Origin: Desulfobacterales bacterium
Lineage (GTDB): Bacteria; Desulfobacterota; Desulfobacteria; Desulfobacterales; UBA2174
Direction: 5' to 3'
NCBI GenBank assembly: GCA_963668645.2
Contig: CAXXWC010000001.1
Span: forward strand, 288,001 to 352,000
Length of the DNA stretch: 64,000 bases
The position numbers and the translations under genes were made by a program. Below, one piece after another: positions 56,801-64,000 of this stretch. The first letter of the stretch is position 1, and every line of letters starts with the position of its first letter. Under the pieces are notes generated by a model that saw nothing but the letters and a program-made list of their open reading frames with translations, did no database searches and was not told the DNA's origin.

Positions 56801-58210
56801 ATGGACAAACGAGTTGTCATTTTAGGCGCAGGACCGGGCGGCTACGCGGCCGCCTTGCATGCAGCCCGCCAGGGGGCCCGGGTGACCCTGGTCGAACGCG
56901 ATAAGCTCGGGGGCACCTGCCTGAACTGGGGCTGCATCCCCTCCAAAATCCTCAAGTCGGCGGCCGACGCCTTGATCGCAGTGCGCGCCGCCGGCCAATT
57001 CGGAATCCGCTGCGGCGGTGAAGCCGGGGTTGACATGAGCGCGATTCTTGCCCGCCAGCAGCGCATCATCGAGATGCAGGCCCAGGGCATCCGACATCTG
57101 CTCGAGAATGCAGGGATTCGTCTGGTGACAGGGACCGGACGGATCACGGGGCCGAACAACGCCACGGTGACCGGAGCCGACGGCACCAGCGAGACCCTGG
57201 CCTGGGACCGGCTCATCCTGGCCACCGGGAGCAGGCCGATCTCCATCGGTGCCCTGCCTTTCGACGGCCGGCGCATCGTGTCGAGTAACGAGGCCCTCTT
57301 TTTCGAGGCTCTGCCCGAGCGTCTGCTCATCGTCGGTGGTGGGGTCATCGGCTGCGAATTTGCCGGCATCTTCGGCGCGCTGGGCACCCGTGTGACCCTG
57401 GTGGAGGCCCTGGACAGGCTGCTTCCCCTGCCGGGGACGGATCTGGAAGTTTCCCGGGTCTTGCTGCGAGAGATGAAAAAGCGGCGGATCGACTGCCGCC
57501 TGGAGACCACCGTGACCGGTTGTGAATCAACGGATGCCGGTGTTCTGGTCACCGTGGCGCCCAAGGGCGGTGGAGTGGTTCAAACCATCACGGCCGACAA
57601 GGTCCTGGTCTGCGTCGGCCGGCGGCCGAACAGCGAGGATTTAGGCCTGGAAAATGTCGGTGTTGAAACCGCAGCGGGTGGATGGGTAGCGGTGGATCCC
57701 TGCCTGCGCACCACCGCCGAAGGCATTCTGGCCATCGGGGATCTGCTCGGGCCCTCCCACGTCATGCTGGCCCACGTGGCCAGTGCCGAAGCCGCCGTGG
57801 CGGCGGACAACGCCCTGGGGGCGGACCGCCGGATGGACTACCGGGCCGTTCCCGGTGCGGTATTCACCATGCCGGAAGTGGCCCAGGTGGGACTCACCGA
57901 ACTTCAGGCCAAAGAAGCCGGCCTGGCGGCCGAGACCGCCACGGTCCTGTTTCGCGCCCTGGGCAAGGCTCATGTGATCGGCGAAATCGCCGGTCTGGCC
58001 AAGGTGGTCTACGAGGCGCCCGGCGGGCGGATACTGGGCCTTCATCTGATCGGGCCCCATGCCACGGACCTGATCGCCGAAGGCACCCTGGCGGTGCGCC
58101 AAGGCGTCACCGTGGCCGAGTTGGCCGCCACGATCCATGCCCACCCGACCCTGGCTGAAATCATGGGCGAAACGGCTCTCAAGGCCGCCGGCACACCGCT
58201 GCATGGCTGA
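56801..58210 (+). CDS. lpdA: Dihydrolipoyl dehydrogenase
   Basis: GAGPGG, GGTCLNWGCIPSK, GGGVIGCE, MLAHVA, HAHPTLAE. Confidence 0.97.
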   Translation: MDKRVVILGAGPGGYAAALHAARQGARVTLVERDKLGGTCLNWGCIPSKILKSAADALIAVRAAGQFGIRCGGEAGVDMSAILARQQRIIEMQAQGIRHLLENAGIRLVTGTGRITGPNNATVTGADGTSETLAWDRLILATGSRPISIGALPFDGRRIVSSNEALFFEALPERLLIVGGGVIGCEFAGIFGALGTRVTLVEALDRLLPLPGTDLEVSRVLLREMKKRRIDCRLETTVTGCESTDAGVLVTVAPKGGGVVQTITADKVLVCVGRRPNSEDLGLENVGVETAAGGWVAVDPCLRTTAEGILAIGDLLGPSHVMLAHVASAEAAVAADNALGADRRMDYRAVPGAVFTMPEVAQVGLTELQAKEAGLAAETATVLFRALGKAHVIGEIAGLAKVVYEAPGGRILGLHLIGPHATDLIAEGTLAVRQGVTVAELAATIHAHPTLAEIMGETALKAAGTPLHG

Positions 58211-58235
58211 ATCCGGCCGGAAGCCGGATTCAGCC
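58205..58235. terminator. Perfect 13-bp inverted repeat between convergent lpdA and thiolase genes
   Basis: ggctgaatccggc-cggaa-gccggattcagcc; no U tract. Confidence 0.6.
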
Positions 58236-58241
58236 CCCGGA

Positions 58242-59492
58242 TCAGACCGTCTCCAGGGCGCAGGCCATCGAGACCCCGCCACCCCCGCAGAGGGTGGCCA
58301 GGCCCAGATTCTTGCCACGGCGGCGCAGTTCATGGATCAAGCTCACCATGATGCGTGCCCCGGTGGCGCCCACCGGATGGCCCAGGCCGATTCCCGAGCC
58401 GTTGACATTGGTGATCTCGCGGTTGAGGCCCAGTTCGCGTTCGCAGCCGATGTATTGGGCGGCAAAGGCCTCGTTGACCTCGACAAGTTCGAAGTCGGCG
58501 ACGGCCAAAGCGCTGCGTTTCATCAGGTCCGCCACCGCCGGCACCGGAGAAAGCCCCATGACCGACGGATGGCAGGCCCCGCGCCCCACGGCCCGTATCC
58601 GCGCCAGGGGCGCGATTCCCATGGCCTTGGCCGTATCGGCCCCCATGATGACGATTGCGGCGGCCCCGTCGTTGAGGCCGCTGGAGTTGCCGGCCGTGAC
58701 CTTGCCGGTCTTGGGCACGAAGGCCGGGGGCAGCTTGGCGAGCTTTTCCATGGTCAAACCGGGGCGAAAGTGCTCGTCGCGCTCGAAAATAATGGGCGGC
58801 TTCTTGCGCTGGGGAATCTCGATGGGAACGATCTCTTCGGCAAAGGTACCGTCGGTGGCAGCACGCTCGACGCTACGGTGACTGCGCAGGGCCACCTCAT
58901 CCATTTCTTCCCGTGTAATTCCAAGGTGCTGGGCCACGAACTCGGCCGTATGGCCCATGATGTACGGCTTGCCGGCAAAACTCCTCAGCGGCTCCTGGTT
59001 AGCGTCCACCGGCCCCTGTTCGGGATGGGGCAGCAGATGGGAGCCGCAGTGCAGGCCCCGGATCAAGCCGTCGACAAAGGTCTGGTCCTGGAGCCGGCAC
59101 CCCCATCGGGCCGCCGGCGCCTCATAGGCCACCCCGGACATGTGCTCTACCCCGCCGGCCAGGATGGTATCGGCCATCCCGGCTTGGATCATGGCCATGC
59201 CGCTCAGGACGGCCTCCATGCCGGAGATACAGACACGGTTGACGGTGACGGCGGTCACCTTGTCCGGGATATCGGCCATCAATGCCGCAACACGGGCCAC
59301 GTTCATCGTATCCGAAGGTTCGATGCAGCAGCCGAAACGCACGTCATCGATGGCGGCCGGTTCGATTCCGGCCCTCTGGACGGCGGCGCGCATGGCCACG
59401 GCCCCGATGCGAGCCGCATGACTGTCTCTCAAAGTGCCGCCAAAGGTGCCAATGGCCGTGCGGCAGGCTGAAACGATTACCACATCACGCAT
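58242..59492 (-). CDS. Acetyl-CoA acyltransferase (thiolase)
   Basis: NRVCISG, TAGNSSGLNDGAA, NEAFAAQ, GHPVGATG, LCGGGG. Confidence 0.97.
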   Translation of the reverse strand: MRDVVIVSACRTAIGTFGGTLRDSHAARIGAVAMRAAVQRAGIEPAAIDDVRFGCCIEPSDTMNVARVAALMADIPDKVTAVTVNRVCISGMEAVLSGMAMIQAGMADTILAGGVEHMSGVAYEAPAARWGCRLQDQTFVDGLIRGLHCGSHLLPHPEQGPVDANQEPLRSFAGKPYIMGHTAEFVAQHLGITREEMDEVALRSHRSVERAATDGTFAEEIVPIEIPQRKKPPIIFERDEHFRPGLTMEKLAKLPPAFVPKTGKVTAGNSSGLNDGAAAIVIMGADTAKAMGIAPLARIRAVGRGACHPSVMGLSPVPAVADLMKRSALAVADFELVEVNEAFAAQYIGCERELGLNREITNVNGSGIGLGHPVGATGARIMVSLIHELRRRGKNLGLATLCGGGGVSMACALETV

Positions 59493-59617
59493 GAAAGACT
59501 TCCTTTCTGGCTACAGGTTGTTTGAGTTTGCACGTTGCACCGGGCCGAAAAAAAGCGCCCTCATCAACCGTCGGACCAAACCAGCGGTATTTCCGAAATC
59601 AAGTTTTCGTTTTCCCG

Positions 59618-61468
59618 TCAAAGCCCGCCGAAGGCCTTTTCATCCATTTCGGTGGGACTGGCATCGGCATTGATGACGGCCTGGATCCGGCCCCGGGTTA
59701 CCGGCAGGATGGCGCGGATGAAAAAGCGGGCCGTTTTGAGCTGGCCGTCGTAGAAAGCGGCTTGGCGATTGCCGGCCACGACGGCGGCCAGATCGCTGTT
59801 GCCGCCGGCCAAGGCAGCCAGTTGGGGCGTGGCGGTGACCGCCCGCCATAGGTGCATCCAGGCGATGATCGTGTCTCCCACCGCATCCAAAAAAGGAGAT
59901 GCATGGGCAAAAGCCACCTTGAAACGCTGGCTGTTGGCCTGCCGGGTGATCTGCAAGGCCCCGTTCTCCAGTTCACCGACGACCTCGTCCAAAGCTTCGG
60001 CCAGGTCCGCTAATCCTTTTATCCGGCGGGCCTCGGCAACGGTCTTGCGCATGGCGCCGATCAGGCCCATGAACACGGCGCCTTTTTTCAAAGCCAGCTT
60101 GCGGCCCAGCAGATCCATGGCCTGAATCCCGTTGGTCCCCTCGTAGATGCTGGTGATCTTGCAGTCTCGGGCCAGCTGTTCCACCGGATATTCACGGGTG
60201 TAGCCGTAGCCGCCAAAAACCTGCATGGCCTGGACGCAGACCTCGAAACCGCGGTCGCTGCAGTAACTTTTGACCACCGGGGTCAGCAGGTCCACCACCC
60301 CCCGCCAGTAGTCCGCGATGGACGGATCGGCGGCCGTCTCCTTGCGGTCGAAGGCCAGCGCCACGTAGTAAAGGAAGCTGCGCATTCCGTCCACGTAAGC
60401 CTTCATCCACATCAACATGCGGCGCACGTCGGGATGGCGGATGATCCGGGCGGCCGCGGCGTTGGGATCCTTGCCGGTCTCCAGATCCCGGCCCTGGCGT
60501 CGCTGGCGGGCGTAGTCCAGCGCATACAGGTAGGCGGTGGTGGCGTGTGCAAACCCCTGGAACCCCACGTCCAGGCGGGCCTCGTTCATCATATGGAACA
60601 TGATCTTCATCCCCTGGTTGACCTCGCCCAAGAGCCAACCGCGGCATTTTCCGCTGCCACCCAGTGTCAGACTGCATGTCGGGCTGCCGTGAAGACCCAT
60701 TTTTTCCTCGACCCCGGTACAGACCACATCGTTAAAGTCACCCATGCTTCCGTCCGGCTCGACCCAATACTTGGGCACCAGGAATATCGAAATACCCTTG
60801 GTGCCGGCCGGGGCCCCCTCGATGCGCGCCAAAACCGGATGAATGATATTCTCGGTCAGATTCTGCTCGCCATTGGTAATAAAGATCTTGGCTCCGCTGA
60901 TGCTGTAAGTGCCGTCGGGGTTGGGGCGCGCCAAAGTGGTCAGGGCCCCCACGTCGCTGCCGGCCTCCGGCTCGGTGAGCAGCATCGATCCACCCCATTG
61001 CCCGGTGTAAAGCTTGTCTAAAAAAAGTTTTTTTTGCTCGGCAGTGCCGAAAAGCTCGACCATCTTGCCCGCACCGTGGCCCAGGGTGGCATAGGCGGTA
61101 AAGGCGAAGTTGGCCCCCACAAGGTACTCGTTGGCCGCCTTGGCGATCACATGGGGCAGCCCCTGGCCGCCCAGCTCCGGATCCTCGGTCATGGCGATCC
61201 ACCCGTTTTCGACAAAGACCCGGTGGGGCCGGCGGAAGCACTCGGCCACGGTGACCTTGCCGGCCTCGAAGTGGACCCCTTCCCGGTCCCCGGCCGCGTA
61301 GGTCGGCAGAATCTCCTTGATCCCGAACGTGCGCGCCTCGTTGATGACCATGTCGCAGGCCTTGCGATTCAAATCGCCGTAGCGCTCGCAGGCGAACAGA
61401 TCCTCGATTTTAAATTGTTCGTAAAGGACGAAATCGATGTCGCGCCGGTCGGCGATGGTCTGGGCCAT
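59618..61468 (-). CDS. Acyl-CoA dehydrogenase (~600 aa class)
   Basis: LTEPEAGSDVG, KIFITNGE, EEKMGLHGSPTC, MNEARL, FGGYGY, IYEGTNGIQAMDLLGRK. Confidence 0.96.
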   Translation of the reverse strand: MAQTIADRRDIDFVLYEQFKIEDLFACERYGDLNRKACDMVINEARTFGIKEILPTYAAGDREGVHFEAGKVTVAECFRRPHRVFVENGWIAMTEDPELGGQGLPHVIAKAANEYLVGANFAFTAYATLGHGAGKMVELFGTAEQKKLFLDKLYTGQWGGSMLLTEPEAGSDVGALTTLARPNPDGTYSISGAKIFITNGEQNLTENIIHPVLARIEGAPAGTKGISIFLVPKYWVEPDGSMGDFNDVVCTGVEEKMGLHGSPTCSLTLGGSGKCRGWLLGEVNQGMKIMFHMMNEARLDVGFQGFAHATTAYLYALDYARQRRQGRDLETGKDPNAAAARIIRHPDVRRMLMWMKAYVDGMRSFLYYVALAFDRKETAADPSIADYWRGVVDLLTPVVKSYCSDRGFEVCVQAMQVFGGYGYTREYPVEQLARDCKITSIYEGTNGIQAMDLLGRKLALKKGAVFMGLIGAMRKTVAEARRIKGLADLAEALDEVVGELENGALQITRQANSQRFKVAFAHASPFLDAVGDTIIAWMHLWRAVTATPQLAALAGGNSDLAAVVAGNRQAAFYDGQLKTARFFIRAILPVTRGRIQAVINADASPTEMDEKAFGGL

Positions 61469-61798
61469 GGCATGCTCCTTTGGCTGCTAAGGGGTCTGCG
61501 ACTGTTGAGCGGGAAAAAGCTGTCTAGTAAATCTGAAGTGTCTTCAAATGATTCATAAGGGATTCACCGTTGACCTGTCAAGATGCTCGTGTCCAACGGT
61601 GGCAAAACGGTCAAGATACGGCCAAATTACCGGCACCTGCACCGAATACGTCCACGACGGCTGGCTGATGTCAGCCTGGGTTGGAATTGAAGGAAAACAG
61701 CCCTTGATTTGCATCTCTCGATCACCATGGTATAGACTTTCAGCCGCTGGAGCAGTACGCCAGCGGTGAATAAATTTAAAGCCGAGGTTTTATTTCTT

Positions 61799-62485
61799 AT
61801 GGAAAAATACAGCAATTTCAATCAACTCGAAAAATCTGTACCCGAAAACGGTGGCTCCCTATCACGCAGTGCCCAGCGCCGGCAGCGCGAACGCGAGCAG
61901 CGCTACCAGACCATTCTGCGAGCCGCCGAAACCCTCTTTGCTGGCGAGGGATACCACAAGGCGGGCATGGAGCGCATCGCCGACATGGCCGAGGTTTCGG
62001 TCGGAACGGTCTATTTTTATTTCAAAAACAAGGAAGACCTGCTGATCCAGCTGCTCGACGAGATCGGCTATCAACTGCGCGACCTCCTGGGCCGCGCCTT
62101 TCGCCAGGCGGATATGACCCTGGCCGGTTTCGAGCGTGCCGGAAAGGTTTTTTTCGAAGAATTCTGCCCCCATCATCCAGAACGGCTGGCCATCATCTTT
62201 CGCGAGTCGGTGGGCCAGAGCCCTTTGGTGGAAGAACACCGCAAAAAGATCTTTGACCGGCTGATCACCGATGTGCGCGACGCTTTGGAGCGGTTCCAGA
62301 CCAATACCAGGGTTTCTTTCCAAAGTCCGCTGTCCACCGAGGTCATGGCGGTGTGCATTATGGGAATGTACGAACGGCTGGCCTACCAGTTCCTCATCTG
62401 GGAGGACCGCAGCACCGATCTGAAGACTATCGGCGATGACGCCGTGGCCTTTATCATGGGTGGGGTCAAGAACCTCTGCCATTGA
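61799..62485 (+). CDS. TetR/AcrR family transcriptional regulator
   Basis: IADMAEVSVGTVYFYFKNKEDL HTH. Start uncertain (61766 or 61799). Confidence 0.93.
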   Translation: MEKYSNFNQLEKSVPENGGSLSRSAQRRQREREQRYQTILRAAETLFAGEGYHKAGMERIADMAEVSVGTVYFYFKNKEDLLIQLLDEIGYQLRDLLGRAFRQADMTLAGFERAGKVFFEEFCPHHPERLAIIFRESVGQSPLVEEHRKKIFDRLITDVRDALERFQTNTRVSFQSPLSTEVMAVCIMGMYERLAYQFLIWEDRSTDLKTIGDDAVAFIMGGVKNLCH

Positions 62486-62498
62486 GGTGTGAGAGGCA

Positions 62499-63392
62499 AT
62501 GAACACCCTGACCGCCCCCATATCCACCGGCCCCCTGCTCGGCGCCCATTTTTCCGTCGCCGGGGGCCTGGTGCGGGCCCTGGAGACGGCCGCGGCCTAC
62601 GGCTGTCCGGTGGTCCAGCTCTTTACCAAGAACGCCGCCACCTGGAAGGAGCGCGAGATCCTGCCGCAGGAGGCCGAAACGTTTCGCAGCCGTCGCAAGG
62701 CCCTGGGGATCAGCTACGTTGCCGCCCACTCGGCCTACCTGATCAACCTTGCGGCCGCCGACCGCTCGAAACGTCGTCAAAGCATAGCGGCCCTAAAAAA
62801 TGAGCTGCTGCGCGCCCAGGCCCTGGGGCTGGACGGGGTGGTGCTCCACCCGGGAAGCCACATGGGAACCGGAGCGGCCCAGGGAATCCGGCACATTCAG
62901 GAAGGAATCGACCGGGTCCTGGGCGCCCTGCCCCGTGACGGCTGCCGCCTCTTGCTGGAAACCACCGCCGGTCAGGGCAGCGGGATCGGCCATACCTTCG
63001 AGGAACTGGCCTGCATCCGAGACGGCATCGCAGCCCCCGGGCGAATCGGCTTCTGCCTGGACACGGCCCATGTCTTTGCCGCCGGCTACGACCTGAGGGA
63101 CGCGCCGGCCCTCAAAGAGACCCTGACGGCCTTTGACGCCGTTCTGGGTTTGAATGACCTCGACCTGATCCACCTCAACGATTCACTCAAACCTCTCGGT
63201 TCGCGGGTAGACCGGCACGCCAACATCGGCCGGGGCCATATCGGTGCCGAGGCCTTCGGCCGCATCATGTGCCACCCGCACCTGGCCACGATCCCCAAGA
63301 TTATCGAAACCCCCAAGGCCGACCCGGAAGGCCGGGACATGGACCGGATCAACCTGGCGCTGCTGCGGTCCTTTTGCACCCCGCCGCGGTAA
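62499..63392 (+). CDS. nfo: Endonuclease IV (deoxyribonuclease IV)
   Basis: GAHFS, HSAYLINLA, HPGSH, LETTAGQG, CLDTAH, HLNDS, DRHANIG, IETP. Confidence 0.96.
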   Translation: MNTLTAPISTGPLLGAHFSVAGGLVRALETAAAYGCPVVQLFTKNAATWKEREILPQEAETFRSRRKALGISYVAAHSAYLINLAAADRSKRRQSIAALKNELLRAQALGLDGVVLHPGSHMGTGAAQGIRHIQEGIDRVLGALPRDGCRLLLETTAGQGSGIGHTFEELACIRDGIAAPGRIGFCLDTAHVFAAGYDLRDAPALKETLTAFDAVLGLNDLDLIHLNDSLKPLGSRVDRHANIGRGHIGAEAFGRIMCHPHLATIPKIIETPKADPEGRDMDRINLALLRSFCTPPR

Positions 63393-63402
63393 ACCCGGCC
63401 AG

Positions 63403-63984
63403 TCAATCCTCGAAAAGCTTCAACTGGCCGTCGCGCTCCGGTTTGGCTTTCTCCTCGACCATCTCGGCCGCAGCAGGTGCCGTGGTCTGCGGGCCGGTTT
63501 CAGGGGCTTTCAGGGCCGGGCACGCCAGTCCGTCTTCGGCCTGCAGGTCCGCGATGGGATGGATAAATCCGTGTTCGTCTTCTGCAAATTGGAAAAAACG
63601 GGTGATGTGGGGGGCGCAAAAGCGCTCATCGTCGTGGAACAGATCGAGGGCCGAACGGATCTTCTGGGCCTTTTGGGCCACGGTGGTTTTCTTGACGCCG
63701 AACCAGCGGCACAGTTCGTCGCCGCTGAGGTGGTTGGGGGTTTCCACGGAAAAAAGGAAGTTGAGCTGGGCGATGGCATAAACCATGGCCGCGGCCCAGA
63801 TCTCGGTGCGGCCTCGGTTCAGATTCAGCTCGGCGCATGATGCCGCCGCATGGCAAAGAGCCAGGGTGTATCCGGTGTACGTCTCGTTGAGCCTTTGCTC
63901 GCCAAAGGCGGCCACGAGGGCTTTGATTCGATCGAACGGTTCGGTTTCCCCGCCAGTGCCGCCTTCACCCGGTGTCGGGCCCAA
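63403..63984 (-). CDS. DUF6398-like protein; the 5' end may lie beyond the window
   Basis: IWAAAMVYAIAQLNFLF...LSGDELCRWFGV..TVAQKA..IR..L pattern. Confidence 0.65.
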   Translation of the reverse strand: MGPTPGEGGTGGETEPFDRIKALVAAFGEQRLNETYTGYTLALCHAAASCAELNLNRGRTEIWAAAMVYAIAQLNFLFSVETPNHLSGDELCRWFGVKKTTVAQKAQKIRSALDLFHDDERFCAPHITRFFQFAEDEHGFIHPIADLQAEDGLACPALKAPETGPQTTAPAAAEMVEEKAKPERDGQLKLFED

Positions 63985-64000
63985 CCCGAGGCGGCGGCGC

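Overview
GC-rich chromosome segment from an anaerobic sulfate-reducing or syntrophic deltaproteobacterium, probably Desulfobacterales-like (inferred from dsrC, HdrA/HdrL-FlxABCD and ahbA). Most of the window is energy, catabolic and housekeeping genes: nadE, miaA, hdrL-flxDCBA-dsrC, a TAXI-TRAP/CoA-transferase/AtuA/IclR cluster, acetoacetate-CoA ligase, porCDAB with a HydABC-like module, glycine cleavage and lipoate genes, thiolase/acyl-CoA dehydrogenase and nfo. The standout is a ~7 kb accessory island (~2760-9930) bracketed by ~210-260 bp direct repeats with a REP-like hairpin core. It carries two NACHT/STAND NTPase + FGE-sulfatase (C-type lectin fold) genes. Their last 148 nt are identical except for 17 substitutions, 16 of them at codon positions 1/2, which is the footprint of diversity-generating retroelement (DGR) mutagenesis. 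Between them lies a truncated N-terminal fragment of a DGR-type reverse transcriptase. I found no template repeat or avd gene in the window, so these look like hypervariable NLR-like receptors that are either diversified in trans or frozen after loss of the DGR core. All calls come from motif recognition by eye; no database searches were run.
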